In this document: one piece after another, positions 36,530-46,851 of the stretch | Layout of the letters: each line of letters starts with the position of its first letter | Position numbering within the stretch: position 1 is the first letter of the stretch | From: a virus | Length of the DNA: 64,000 bases | Strand: one strand, 5' to 3' | IMG/VR virus record: IMGVR_UViG_3300048793_000029 | Span: 1 to 64,000 of that record | Program-made: the position numbers and the translations under genes | The notes under the pieces: model-generated | Database searches by the model: none | The model's input: the letters and a program-made list of their open reading frames with translations, nothing else | Told to the model about the DNA's origin: nothing

Positions 36530-37761
36530 CGACCACGTCCCAGATTATTCGGCAGTGTGAGTCGTTGCTGGCCCAATGCGTCATCGCGGCCAACGAGGCG
36601 GCAGCCGCGGCAGCTTCTCTGGCTGGTTCAGCTCCACTAAACTCTCCTAATTTCACCGGACTGCCGACGGCACCGACGCCGGCGCAGAATAGTAACTCGG
36701 CGTTGTTGGCGACCACTGCCTACTTCGATCGGCTGCTGGGCACCTCCAATGGCGTGGCGACGCTTGACGCCACCGGGCGTATTCCAACCGCTGAGCTGCC
36801 ATCGTCGGTGCTTGGCGGTTTGAGTTATCTCGGTGTTTGGAATGGTAGTACTAACTCGCCACATCTTGCCTCTGGCAGCGGTATCAGCGGCAATTTCTAC
36901 ATCTGCAACGTCGCCGGCACTGCTACAGTTTCTGGCGTCTCCACCTGGAGCGTCGGCGATTGGATTGTCTACAGTGGTGGCTCCGACAATACTTGGCACC
37001 GTGTTTCGCCAACCTATACGACCGTCACTGGCATCACGCTGAGCAACCTGGCGGTTCAGGCCGGCAGCACGTTGGTCGGCAACAACGGCACTGGGGCGGC
37101 GTCGCCCACGGCCATCCCTATCAGTACCATCACGTCCGCGGTGCCGGACATGGTGGGGGCATCCGGGACCGCAGTCGGCGTCAGGGGTTTGGTACCGGCA
37201 CCGGCCGCAGGTGACGGCACCGACCCGAAGTATTTAACGGCGCGCGGTACTTGGGATGATGCCCCGACCCCCGACTTGTCAGCTTATGCGCTGTTGGCGG
37301 GGCCGGCGTTCAGCGGCACGCCGACTACCGCAACGGTGGCGCGTGACACTAACTCGACGGCGATTGCTACCGCGCAGTTCGTCCTCGCCCAGCTTGCCGC
37401 TACTGAGACGCCGGTAGTTGATGGTACAGCATCGGCTGGGACCTCAACCCACGGCGCCCGCATCGATCACATCCATCCTACCGACACGTCAAGAGCTGCT
37501 GCGGCAGCCTTGGCTGCTTACGCGCCGATACCGACGAACGGTACTATGCCAGTTGGATGGTCCGGTCCGGTGCTGTTAAGTGGTGTTAGCTTCGTTTCTG
37601 ATGAGGCAACGGTAGCTGGATCAGCATTAAATTTGTGCAACTTTAATTTGGCTACCACCACTGTAAATGGCGCTGGCACCCCACAAAGTGGCACTTGGAG
37701 AAATATTACTGGAAACCAAGTTCCCCAATATTATATAGGTCTTTTTGTTAGAATAGCTTAA
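36526..37761 (+). CDS. Fibre-like virion protein
   Basis: APLNSPNFTGLPTAPT...LATTAY and a second copy, GVATLDATGRIP, GLVPAPAAGD, HIHPTDTSRA fibre motifs. Confidence 0.75.
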   Translation: MTTTSQIIRQCESLLAQCVIAANEAAAAAASLAGSAPLNSPNFTGLPTAPTPAQNSNSALLATTAYFDRLLGTSNGVATLDATGRIPTAELPSSVLGGLSYLGVWNGSTNSPHLASGSGISGNFYICNVAGTATVSGVSTWSVGDWIVYSGGSDNTWHRVSPTYTTVTGITLSNLAVQAGSTLVGNNGTGAASPTAIPISTITSAVPDMVGASGTAVGVRGLVPAPAAGDGTDPKYLTARGTWDDAPTPDLSAYALLAGPAFSGTPTTATVARDTNSTAIATAQFVLAQLAATETPVVDGTASAGTSTHGARIDHIHPTDTSRAAAAALAAYAPIPTNGTMPVGWSGPVLLSGVSFVSDEATVAGSALNLCNFNLATTTVNGAGTPQSGTWRNITGNQVPQYYIGLFVRIA

Positions 37762-37773
37762 ACGGAAAAACAA

Positions 37774-38220
37774 ATGACACTGGCATACACAACGGTCGCT
37801 GATTGCCAATGGGCTGACGCTGCTCATACTATGATTAATTGCCAAGTAACGTTTGATACATTAGGGACTGTGCCATTTACAGCAACTGCTACAGATTACG
37901 AAGCACATGGCGCTGAAATTTTCAACAGAGCAGTTGCTGGCGACTTTGGCGCAATTGCTGCTTATGTGGCACCACCCGCGCCGATTCCAAGTTGTCAGCT
38001 CTGGCAGTTGCAGTCGGTTATGACACCGACGCAGTGGACCGCGGCACAAGCTGCGGTTGCTGCGCTCAACAATTCGGCGGTGTCGGCGTTCTTCGCGCAC
38101 GGCACCAATGTAATTCCAGCCAACTCAACGACGCTACTCGCGCTCGGTGAGGCTATAGGCTTAACGGCAGATCAGATCACGGCGCTAGTCACAGCTGCGG
38201 CGCTTGTTTCAATACCGTGA
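37774..38220 (+). CDS. Fibre-assembly chaperone-like protein
   Basis: INCQVTF...PFTA...D.EAHGAEIF...GDFGAIAAY; follows the fibre gene. Confidence 0.65.
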   Translation: MTLAYTTVADCQWADAAHTMINCQVTFDTLGTVPFTATATDYEAHGAEIFNRAVAGDFGAIAAYVAPPAPIPSCQLWQLQSVMTPTQWTAAQAAVAALNNSAVSAFFAHGTNVIPANSTTLLALGEAIGLTADQITALVTAAALVSIP

Positions 38221-38417
38221 CCGTAATCTGGCTGATTTGGATTGGTTGCTTCGTTGTAAGCCTCGGCGCGCTGGAAGCGGTCAGCTATTATCGCAACGGC
38301 ACAGCGGGCACGCTGTCCGATCACGTCCGCAAGTGGACGCGTCAGTGGCCAATCATTCCGTTCTGGTTTGGTGTACTGGTTGGTGTTCTGTCTATGCACT
38401 TCTGGGCTCATGCATGA
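38217..38417 (+). CDS. Two-TM small membrane protein
   Basis: Two hydrophobic segments with TLSDHVRKW linker. Confidence 0.6.
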   Translation: MTVIWLIWIGCFVVSLGALEAVSYYRNGTAGTLSDHVRKWTRQWPIIPFWFGVLVGVLSMHFWAHA

Positions 38418-38433
38418 TGAGGAAAATGCGGCA

Positions 38434-39006
38434 ATGAAAAAGATAATTACTGCCATCGTGCTAGCTTGTGCTTGGCTGTTGGCGCCGCTGCCGGCTAATG
38501 CTGTCGTTGTAGTGTCATCCTGCTCATCGATAACGGCGGTGACGGGCTTCAGCGGTGACTTGTATATTGATACGTCAGGTAAGCTGTGTATCAATGCAAG
38601 TACCACTTCGTTGCCCCCCAACGCCGCCCAGGAAACCGGCGGCAATCTCGCGGCGATCTTGTCGGCTATTCAATCACCGCTTGCTGGTGTTTCCGAATCG
38701 CATAGCGCAGCGGCGGAATCATCGCGGGTTGCCAAAAACTCCGCTGGTAACGTAATCAGCATATCCGGCTCTGCCGCTGCCGGTTCCTACATCATGCTTT
38801 TCGATCTTACTGCCGCACCTAGCAATGGTGGTGTGACACCGAAGAAATGCTGGGGACCGATGGCATCGAGTGGACCGTTTTCGTTTTCATGGGGTGTCGG
38901 GCCAACCCTTACGATGGCGACCGGGATAACGGTCGTCTCTAGCTCAACCGGCTGCTTCACGCAGACATTAACCAACGCCAACTTCATCAGCGTGGAGTAT
39001 CAGTAA
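38434..39006 (+). CDS. Signal-peptide-bearing beta-rich protein
   Basis: MKKIITAIVLACAWLLAPLPANA signal; Ser/Thr-rich. Confidence 0.7.
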   Translation: MKKIITAIVLACAWLLAPLPANAVVVVSSCSSITAVTGFSGDLYIDTSGKLCINASTTSLPPNAAQETGGNLAAILSAIQSPLAGVSESHSAAAESSRVAKNSAGNVISISGSAAAGSYIMLFDLTAAPSNGGVTPKKCWGPMASSGPFSFSWGVGPTLTMATGITVVSSSTGCFTQTLTNANFISVEYQ

Positions 39007-39851
39007 TGAAAAAGATTTTAGCTCTTATCGCTGGGCTGCTGCTTGTTTCGGCTGCTTACGCGCAGAACTCATCCTCCACTCCTAAATATGCGCCGAATAG
39101 CGTTGTCTTTACTTACAACGATGGCGTTCATTGTACTAATTCTGTTTGTACCTTTCCTATTCCGGCCAACGTCAGTATTATTTATATCGATGGCGTTGGC
39201 GCTGGCGGCCCTGGCGGTGGCGGTCAGGTTACTTCCGGCGCTGGTGGAGGTGGTGGTGGCTCAGGCGAAGAGGTTACTGGACTCCCGCTGCCGGTAACTC
39301 CTGGGGCAACTCTCACTATCACCATCCCAGTAACAACGTCAGGAGGTGCTATTGCTGGTGTTGGCACAGACCCGGCTGCGCTCACCATAACTTCATCCCC
39401 AAGTCTAGCCGTTCCTTTTCCATCACTCGGTGCTGGCATCCACGGATTAGCCGGGGCTGCTACTGTTGGCGGGACTGGCGGCGCGGGCGGTGGCCCTGGC
39501 GGTGTCGCTGGCGGCGCTGCAAACGTAGCTGGTGGCAATGCATCTAATACCGGACGGTCAACTTATTACAAGACAGGAAACGGCGGCGGCGGCGGCGGCA
39601 GCACAGCATCAACTCCAGGCTTTGGCGGAACCTCTGGCGCTTACATTACACTCGGCGCTGGGGCATTAGGAAATGCTGGCGGCGGCCTAGGAGGCAATGC
39701 TCAATTTGGTCCCGGCGGCGCAGGCGGCGGCGGCACTACTCCCTCGGTAGGCTTGGCTCCCGCAAGCGGGTTCGGCGGTGGCGGTGGTGGTGGTGGCCAG
39801 AATAATGCTGGCGGGGCCGGAGGTCCGGCTTTTGTCCAGATCAGGTATTAA
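39006..39851 (+). CDS. Signal-peptide-bearing glycine-rich protein
   Basis: MKKILALIAGLLLVSAAYA; GAGGPGGGG...GGGGGG glycine-rich domain. Confidence 0.75.
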   Translation: MKKILALIAGLLLVSAAYAQNSSSTPKYAPNSVVFTYNDGVHCTNSVCTFPIPANVSIIYIDGVGAGGPGGGGQVTSGAGGGGGGSGEEVTGLPLPVTPGATLTITIPVTTSGGAIAGVGTDPAALTITSSPSLAVPFPSLGAGIHGLAGAATVGGTGGAGGGPGGVAGGAANVAGGNASNTGRSTYYKTGNGGGGGGSTASTPGFGGTSGAYITLGAGALGNAGGGLGGNAQFGPGGAGGGGTTPSVGLAPASGFGGGGGGGGQNNAGGAGGPAFVQIRY

Positions 39852-39853
39852 GC

Positions 39854-41221
39854 ATGATCTGGCGCGTTCTAATTATCTTGCTCTGTGCCGGTATTGTTTC
39901 CGGTTGGCGAGTTGGCAGCAATCTTTCCGTTGCTACGTTCTCGCCCGACGCGACTTCGTTTCTTAATCCTGAACGCGGTTGGTATGGCGACATAGGGGAC
40001 GGCAGTACGCCATGCACCGCAGCGACTAATTTTTCCAGTTATCGTGGCAACAACAAGGGAATGTCTCGCGTCTATGTTCGATTGGACGCTTATGTTTCTA
40101 GCCCGTTGCCTCAATCAATTCTGGATAACCTGACCGGCTGCTTTGCCCAAATCAGGTCAGCCGGAATTAAAGTTGAACCTAGATTTACTTATAATTTCGG
40201 CGGCGGTGCGCCGTGTACCGACGCAACGCTAACGCAGATATTGGCTCACATAGCCCAGCTCACTCCGGTGTTGCAGGCCAACATCGACGTGATTGCGTTT
40301 CTTCACGCCGGGTTCATTGGCTGTTGGGGCCAGTGGTGGGGATCAGCAAATACCCTGAATACGAACCAAAGCGCAACGCAGCAAATTCTCGCCGCCGAAT
40401 TGGCGATTGATCCTAATTTAGTGGTGATGATCCCATATCCAGACAGCGTGCGATATGCTCTCGGTGCAGCAAACATTCAAACGCGCGTCGGCATCGCTAA
40501 TGATTGTTTTCAATCAACCAACAACTCAGATGACGATGAATTTGGCAGATTGAACGGTGTTGACCAAACCGGCCAGCCTGGATATGCCGCGCAAATAACA
40601 ACTGACCGCACCTACATGCAAACGCTCGGCGGCATTACAAACGCCAACGGCGGCGAGGGTCAGCCGAGTTGCCCTTATACGGCGGTCTATAGCGATTGCG
40701 CTGCGTCCATTGCGGCAATGCAGACCTATTCAATTTCATACTTTGCTGTTTTTGCATCGTTACATCCTTCGACATGGGCGTCTGATTCTGGAAATTGTGC
40801 CGCTACGATGCAAGATTCGATGGGCTACCGCCTAGAATTGCAGCGCGTGCAATATCCAGCCAGCATAAGCAAAGGCAGCCTATTCAGTTTCAATCTTGCG
40901 CTGGTCAATCGAGGCTACGCAGGCCCGATCAATCAGCACCCGATCAATGCGGTGCTGTCGGACGGCACGCATACTTATGTGCTGTCATCGTCAATCGACT
41001 GGCGGACGTGGCGTCCTGGATCGGGAATATCCGCATGGGGCCAAGCGACGGTGCCGAGCGGTGCCGTGTCCGGCACCTACTCGCTCTATCTATGGATACC
41101 GGACAGCCACGCCAGTCTGCAAAGTAATCCACTCTATGACGTTCGCCTCGCCAACTCAGGCGTATGGGACGGAACCACCGGCTACAACAAGATTTGCGAT
41201 ACCTGCGTGACGGTGCATTGA
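39854..41221 (+). CDS. DUF4874/DUF4832-like putative glycoside hydrolase
   Basis: NPERGWY, PRFTY, AGFIGCWGQW, NDCF, GGE, MGYRL...NRGYA. Confidence 0.75.
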   Translation: MIWRVLIILLCAGIVSGWRVGSNLSVATFSPDATSFLNPERGWYGDIGDGSTPCTAATNFSSYRGNNKGMSRVYVRLDAYVSSPLPQSILDNLTGCFAQIRSAGIKVEPRFTYNFGGGAPCTDATLTQILAHIAQLTPVLQANIDVIAFLHAGFIGCWGQWWGSANTLNTNQSATQQILAAELAIDPNLVVMIPYPDSVRYALGAANIQTRVGIANDCFQSTNNSDDDEFGRLNGVDQTGQPGYAAQITTDRTYMQTLGGITNANGGEGQPSCPYTAVYSDCAASIAAMQTYSISYFAVFASLHPSTWASDSGNCAATMQDSMGYRLELQRVQYPASISKGSLFSFNLALVNRGYAGPINQHPINAVLSDGTHTYVLSSSIDWRTWRPGSGISAWGQATVPSGAVSGTYSLYLWIPDSHASLQSNPLYDVRLANSGVWDGTTGYNKICDTCVTVH

Positions 41222-42270
41222 TGAAAAACATCCTGCCGACATGGAAACTCTTTCTCACCGCAGGAAGCTTTCTGTTCTTCCTTGGAGCGTTTCAATCCAG
41301 CACCATCGCGTGGGTACATGGTGGCGTAAGCTACTTTTTTCCAAATGGGATCGCAGTCACACAAAATAGTTCTTCTGGTGTCAACTATGGAGCAGGTACT
41401 GAAAACGGGTCAACAAACTCATTTATTTGGTCGGCATTAAGCACCTATACGAGTGGCAGCACGCTGCAAAATCCCGCGACCGGCATATGCTCAGACGTGA
41501 CAATATGTTTTGTCGATGCCTATGCGGTAGGGCGCGATACGGTTGACGCGAGCGCGGCATCCAATGGTTTCTTCGGTCATTTCTTTTCTCTCAATTCCGG
41601 CGGTACGGGCACTAAGGGTGGCCACCACGCGGCGCTGTTTCAGTTTCAGCTTGTTGGCGCGCCGGATGATACAAACCAATTTTATTCGGCAGTAAATACA
41701 ATTTCGCAGGCTTCCGTTAGCGCAGGCGGAACGTCTGGTGCTGGCAATGGGCTTGGGCATCTTTACGGGACAAATCCTTACGCGAGGCTTACATCAGGTG
41801 CGACAAATTGGGGTCAGCTTGTCGGCACAGAAATAAATACAAGCGTTCATACTGGCGCATCGGTCGATCAGGTGATCGGCCAACAGATTGTCCAAGACAC
41901 CCTCGATGTTGTTTCTGGCAATCAGGTTGATATCGGAATTTCTCTCAACAACCAAGCGATCAAGGCTTCGGTAGCCGGTTGGGATATTCTCTTTGCTGAC
42001 GGTTCTTATCCCGGTTATTCGTCGCTGAAAACCACCGGCACTATTTTCAAATGTTATCTGCACGCCAACAGCGGTAACTGCGGAACAATCGCGAACGGTT
42101 TCGATATGACGAACTACACTTTAACCGGCGCACCAATCCTAGCTCCGCTTAAAACTCCGTCCAGTTCGTCTGATACCTGCACCCAAGGCGCGCAGGAATG
42201 GGATGCCAGTTACGTCTATATCTGCACAGCGACGAATACATGGAAGCGCGCGGCGCTGAGTACATTCTAG
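41221..42270 (+). CDS. Exported/fibre-like beta protein
   Basis: Hydrophobic N-terminus; C-terminal TPSSSSDTCTQG...WDASYVYICTATNTWKRAALSTF motif. Confidence 0.65.
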   Translation: MKNILPTWKLFLTAGSFLFFLGAFQSSTIAWVHGGVSYFFPNGIAVTQNSSSGVNYGAGTENGSTNSFIWSALSTYTSGSTLQNPATGICSDVTICFVDAYAVGRDTVDASAASNGFFGHFFSLNSGGTGTKGGHHAALFQFQLVGAPDDTNQFYSAVNTISQASVSAGGTSGAGNGLGHLYGTNPYARLTSGATNWGQLVGTEINTSVHTGASVDQVIGQQIVQDTLDVVSGNQVDIGISLNNQAIKASVAGWDILFADGSYPGYSSLKTTGTIFKCYLHANSGNCGTIANGFDMTNYTLTGAPILAPLKTPSSSSDTCTQGAQEWDASYVYICTATNTWKRAALSTF

Positions 42271-42313
42271 GCATCCCGCTGATCGACCCGAACAGGAAGC
42301 CGCCGGAGATTAA

Positions 42314-42511
42314 GTGACCCACCTCGTTAACATGTTGATCGATCCCGGCGGCTACTTCTTGGCCGAGTCGGTCACTGTCGGTACCTCGCCTGAGGAGATC
42401 GAGGAGATCCGCCTCGGCAAGGTGGAAGAAGACCGTATGCACGTCATCAACGACAATTTGCGCTTCGCGGCCCAGTTATTATGTGCCGCCGCGCCGATGG
42501 GGAACTGCTGA
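42314..42511 (+). CDS. Hypothetical protein
   Basis: GGAG upstream; 65 aa. Confidence 0.4.
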   Translation: MTHLVNMLIDPGGYFLAESVTVGTSPEEIEEIRLGKVEEDRMHVINDNLRFAAQLLCAAAPMGNC

Positions 42512-42577
42512 TGCATGAGCTACAGCTTTCCGCTGCACCCGCGGCGCTATGACCGTGTCGGGTCGAGAGAAAAACTA

Positions 42578-43303
42578 ATGACAGTGCCTCTGATTATCAT
42601 GGTTGGCTCCGATAAGGGTGGCGTTGGCAAGACCACCGTTACCCGGTCGCTGATCGACTATCTGGCCTCGACTGGCGTTTCTGGCCGGGCGTTCGACTCG
42701 GAGAACCCGGCTGGCGGCCTGGCGCGCTTTGTGCCGTCGGCCAAGGTCGTCGATATGGCCCGCGTCGAGGATCAGATGGAGATGTTCGACGTCGCCTCCG
42801 GCGTCACCGTCATCGACGTACGGGCCGGCATGCTGTCCAAGAGCCTTGCTACGCTAGAGCAGGCCCACTTGCTCGATGACGTTCAGACCGGCGCCGTCGG
42901 TCTGGTTCTGATGCATGTGCTGGGACCAAGTGTTCAATCGCTAGGCGAGGTTTCGGCGGCTGCCGCCAGGATCGGTGGTGGCTCGCGGCATATACTAGTC
43001 AAGAACCACATCAGTGATGTCACCGGCGGTTACTTCGAATGGGACGGCGCTGACAGCAAGTTCGCCGCGGTGTTAGCCCAGATGGAGCCGCAGACCGTGG
43101 TAGTGCCGCACTTGGCCGAGCGGGCTTGTGAGACTGTTGACAAGCTCGGCGTCGGCTTTACCGACTTCTGCCGCGACGCCGGTCAGTCGCGCATGCTACG
43201 CGGCTACGTGCGGACGTGGTTGACGTCGACTTGGGCCGACTTTGATAAGGTGGGTTTGGGTGGGTTGGCGAAGAGCGCGTGCGCTCCGAAGGAGGGATCG
43301 TAA
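42578..43303 (+). CDS. ParA/MinD-like ATPase
   Basis: GSDKGGVGKTT deviant Walker A. Confidence 0.75.
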   Translation: MTVPLIIMVGSDKGGVGKTTVTRSLIDYLASTGVSGRAFDSENPAGGLARFVPSAKVVDMARVEDQMEMFDVASGVTVIDVRAGMLSKSLATLEQAHLLDDVQTGAVGLVLMHVLGPSVQSLGEVSAAAARIGGGSRHILVKNHISDVTGGYFEWDGADSKFAAVLAQMEPQTVVVPHLAERACETVDKLGVGFTDFCRDAGQSRMLRGYVRTWLTSTWADFDKVGLGGLAKSACAPKEGS

Positions 43304-44727
43304 TGCCACAGATAGATTCCTTCGCCTTCGACCGCGCCAGTGTGCGCCGTACCGACGACGACGGTCGGCTGCATGTTGAGATAACAAATATTTCAAAATC
43401 GAATGTGTGTCCCTATCTTGGCTCTGAAATCCCTGACTGGGAAGAGATGGGCCTCAAGCGCGACAAGGTCTATCAGCTGCTGCGCGACCCGGCTGAACTG
43501 CGCAAGGCCGCGCCTTCATTCAATAATTTACCGCTACTTAGCGAGCACGTCCCGGTCAACGCGCAAGATCACCAGCCTGATTTAGTGATCGGCTCCACCG
43601 GTACCGATGCTGAGTTTGCGGAGCCTTATCTGCGCAACAGCCTGGTGCTATGGGCGAAGGATTTCATTGACGCGGTGGAGTCCGGCACTCAGAAAGAACT
43701 TTCGTCCGCCTACCGCTACCGGGCCGATATGACGCCCGGCAACTACAACGGAGCAGAATACGACGGCGTGATGCGCGACATCATCGGCAATCACGTCGCT
43801 TTGGTAAGGGAAGGGAGAGCCGGCAGTGATGTCATTGTCGGAGATTCGGCATTACCCATAACAGAGGAGATCATCCAGATGGGTGTGAAACTGAGCCGCA
43901 AGGCTGCACTGGCCCAGGGAGCCCTGATGGTCTTCCTGAAGCCGAAGATGGCACAAGACGCCAAGATTGACCTCGCGTCAGTACTCAAGGGCGTCACGGC
44001 CAAGAACTACGTCGAGAGCAAGCCGGCAATCTTCGCCGGCATCGCCAAGCTGCTCGACGGCAAGCTGGCCAAGGACGCCAAGCTTGAGGACGTCCACGGC
44101 TTCCTCGATTCGCTTGACAGGGAAGAGCCTGCCGGCGACGAAGAGCCGGAGAAAAAGGACGAGCCGGCCAAGGACGAAGAAAAAGACGAAGTCAAGAAGC
44201 CCGCTGAGGACGAGGACGACACGGCAATGGACGCCGAGGGCGTCAAAAACTTCCTTAAGGACAAGATCTCCGAAGACGATATGAAGGCGCTCGACGCACT
44301 CATGTCCGGAGCCAAGGACGCAGACGAGCCTACTCCCGTCAAGGAGCCGGCCAAAGACGAGGAGAAGGAAGAAATGGTGCCGAAGAAGGCAATGGACGCG
44401 GCGATCAAGTCGGCGATCAAGGTCGCTGCCGATACCGCCACCAAGACCCAGAAGGACATCCGCGAGGCCGAGAACTTCGTGCGGCCGTGGGTGGGCAATA
44501 TCGCCATGGCGCACGACAGCGCCGAAGGCGTCTACCGCACTGCGCTTGGTGCGCTCGGCAAGAAGGATGTCGATCAGATCCATCCTGCCGCGCTCAAGCA
44601 CGTCCTTGAAGCTCAACCCAAGCCCAACGAGAAGAAGCCGGCGGCTGAGCACCTCGCGATGGATGCGGCCTCCGTCGACAGCTTCAACAAGCGTTTCCCC
44701 GGTGCCGCTCGCATCGGACAGGCATAA
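43303..44727 (+). CDS. DUF2213 prohead protease/scaffold
   Basis: NISKSNVCPYLGSEIP, KELSSAY, GNHVALVREGRAG; acidic scaffold-like C-terminal half. Confidence 0.88.
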   Translation: MPQIDSFAFDRASVRRTDDDGRLHVEITNISKSNVCPYLGSEIPDWEEMGLKRDKVYQLLRDPAELRKAAPSFNNLPLLSEHVPVNAQDHQPDLVIGSTGTDAEFAEPYLRNSLVLWAKDFIDAVESGTQKELSSAYRYRADMTPGNYNGAEYDGVMRDIIGNHVALVREGRAGSDVIVGDSALPITEEIIQMGVKLSRKAALAQGALMVFLKPKMAQDAKIDLASVLKGVTAKNYVESKPAIFAGIAKLLDGKLAKDAKLEDVHGFLDSLDREEPAGDEEPEKKDEPAKDEEKDEVKKPAEDEDDTAMDAEGVKNFLKDKISEDDMKALDALMSGAKDADEPTPVKEPAKDEEKEEMVPKKAMDAAIKSAIKVAADTATKTQKDIREAENFVRPWVGNIAMAHDSAEGVYRTALGALGKKDVDQIHPAALKHVLEAQPKPNEKKPAAEHLAMDAASVDSFNKRFPGAARIGQA

Positions 44728-44739
44728 GGAGATATCAAC

Positions 44740-45729
44740 ATGAGTGGCGGTTTCCAAACTTCCGTTACCACCCTTCCGGCACTTGGCGTTGCGGGCGACT
44801 TCGCCAGCGCCAATCCGTACTTCAGCTACGACGCCGGCCCTGGCGGACTCGTGGCTGGTGCCAACGGTCTTACTGTTGGCCGCTTCGCCTGGGTTGCCCC
44901 GTATCCTCTCGATGCGGACAACGCCGGCCAAGTAGCCAACAACAACGGCATCGGCCAAGTTGCCGGTTTCGTGCATCGCTCTCAGCGAGCGTTGATCACT
45001 ACTTATCTTGCCGATGCGTCGATGGTGGTTCCGGCCGGCCTTGATGTCTCGCTGATGACTGGTGGTGACTTCCTCATGAAGAACGACGGCACCGCCGACG
45101 CCTTGATGGGGCAGAAAGCTTACGCCGACCTCGCCACTGGCAAGGTGACGTTTGCGGCCACCGCCAGCCCAACCGCGGGGGCCACCTCGACGGCTGCCTC
45201 GATTGCGGCCGGTTCGGCCTCGGTCACTGGTTCCATCTCTGGCAACATCCTGACGGTCAGCACGATCGGCAGCGGCAAGTTGGTGGTTGGTGCCACTATC
45301 GCCGGTTCCGCAGGTTCGGCGGGCGGCGTGGCGGTTGCCACCGGCACGCAGATCGTCAGTCAGTTAACTGGCGGAACCTCCGGTTCGGTTGGTACCTACA
45401 CTGTCAGCATCGGCGAACAGAACGTCACCTCAACGACTATCACCGAGACTTACGGTACGTTGACTGTGGGTGGTTCGCTCACCGGCACGTTAGCCGTTGG
45501 TCAGAGCATCGCTGGTACCGATGGCACGACCACGACAAGCGCTACGACTACTTGGATCACGGCGCTCGGTACTGGAGCAGGTGGCTCCGGCACCTATATC
45601 GTCAACAAGACACAGACTCTCAACTCGACTTCAATTACGGCCTACGGAAATGTTGAGACGAAGTGGATCGCCATGTCCAGCGGCGCACCGGGCGAGCTGG
45701 TCAAAACTTCCAGCCATCCGCTCGGTTAA
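44740..45729 (+). CDS. Head decoration/cement protein with inserted Ser/Thr/Gly-rich domains
   Basis: FQTSV...GVAGDFASANP, GRFAW, GFVHR, ETKW; upstream of the capsid gene. Confidence 0.75.
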   Translation: MSGGFQTSVTTLPALGVAGDFASANPYFSYDAGPGGLVAGANGLTVGRFAWVAPYPLDADNAGQVANNNGIGQVAGFVHRSQRALITTYLADASMVVPAGLDVSLMTGGDFLMKNDGTADALMGQKAYADLATGKVTFAATASPTAGATSTAASIAAGSASVTGSISGNILTVSTIGSGKLVVGATIAGSAGSAGGVAVATGTQIVSQLTGGTSGSVGTYTVSIGEQNVTSTTITETYGTLTVGGSLTGTLAVGQSIAGTDGTTTTSATTTWITALGTGAGGSGTYIVNKTQTLNSTSITAYGNVETKWIAMSSGAPGELVKTSSHPLG

Positions 45730-45741
45730 GGAGAAACACAA

Positions 45742-46848
45742 ATGAACCTGCAAGAAGCAGTCCGCACCTTTGCTGCCGACAAGGCGCGGCTCATGGAACT
45801 TGGCGTTAGTTGGGAACCGGGCGCCGAGGCGAAAGCCTATGTACCCGAAGAGTTTCGCCGCAACTGGGCACTCGCTATGGACGCAATGCCCACGTTGACG
45901 ACGGACCCCAATGCGGGCATCCCGGCGATGCTCACTACGTTGATCGACCCGCAGGTCTACGAGATCTTGTTCAGCCCGAACAAGGCAGCGGAGATTCTCG
46001 GCGAGAACCGTAAGGGAACCTGGCTTGACGACGCCGCGCTGTTCCCGGTGGTCGAGCACACCGGCGAGGTGTCCAGCTACGGCGACTACGCCAACTCTGG
46101 ACGCGCTGGCCTCAACATGAACTGGCCGGCTCGCCAGTCCTACCTGTTCCAGACCGTCAAGCAGTACGGCGAGCGCGAACTCGAGCGTGCCGGCCTGGGC
46201 CGCATCAACTACGTGTCGGAGATCGATAAGTCCGCCGCCACGCAGCTCAATAAGTTTACGAACCTGTCGTACTTTTACGGTGTTAATGGCCTGCAGAACT
46301 ACGGTTTGCTCAACGACCCGAACCTGCCGGCCAACCTGACACCGGGAACCAAGGCGAGCCCTGCGTCGGGCAACACCTGGTTCACCACCGGCGGGGCGCC
46401 AAACTGCACGGCCAACGAGGTCTACAACGACATCTTGGCGATCTACGAAACGCTGGTTACTACCGCTGCTGGCCTCGTCGACAAAGGCACCAAGTTGGTG
46501 CTCGCCATGTCGCCGGGCTCGCAAGTGGCGCTCGACTTCACCAACTCCTTCGGCATCACCGTCAGCGATATGTTGAAGAGGACCTTCCCAGGTCTTCGGT
46601 TCGTGACCGCGGTGCAGTACGGGGTGTTGACGGCTTCCAATCCGCAAGGCATTGCGGCCGGCAACATGGTGCAGATGATCGCCGAGTCGATTGAGGGGCA
46701 AGCTACTGGTTACTGCTCCTTCAACGAGAAGATGCGTGCCCACATCATTGTGCGCGAGATGAGCGCGTTCAAGCAGAAAGTTACTGGCGGCACTTGGGGT
46801 GCAATCATCCGCATGCCGGTCGCCTTCCAGGGAATGGTGGGAGTCTGA
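45742..46848 (+). CDS. Major capsid protein (DUF2184-like)
   Basis: AMDA...NAGIPA, KGTW, SYGDY, NYGLLNDPNL, FKQKVTGGTWGAIIR. Confidence 0.9.
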   Translation: MNLQEAVRTFAADKARLMELGVSWEPGAEAKAYVPEEFRRNWALAMDAMPTLTTDPNAGIPAMLTTLIDPQVYEILFSPNKAAEILGENRKGTWLDDAALFPVVEHTGEVSSYGDYANSGRAGLNMNWPARQSYLFQTVKQYGERELERAGLGRINYVSEIDKSAATQLNKFTNLSYFYGVNGLQNYGLLNDPNLPANLTPGTKASPASGNTWFTTGGAPNCTANEVYNDILAIYETLVTTAAGLVDKGTKLVLAMSPGSQVALDFTNSFGITVSDMLKRTFPGLRFVTAVQYGVLTASNPQGIAAGNMVQMIAESIEGQATGYCSFNEKMRAHIIVREMSAFKQKVTGGTWGAIIRMPVAFQGMVGV

Positions 46849-46851
46849 ACC

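Noticed and set aside
43978-46743. Long antisense ORFs (332 aa, 370 aa) and similar ones opposite other genes
   Set aside because: Typical GC-rich antisense shadows of well-supported genes
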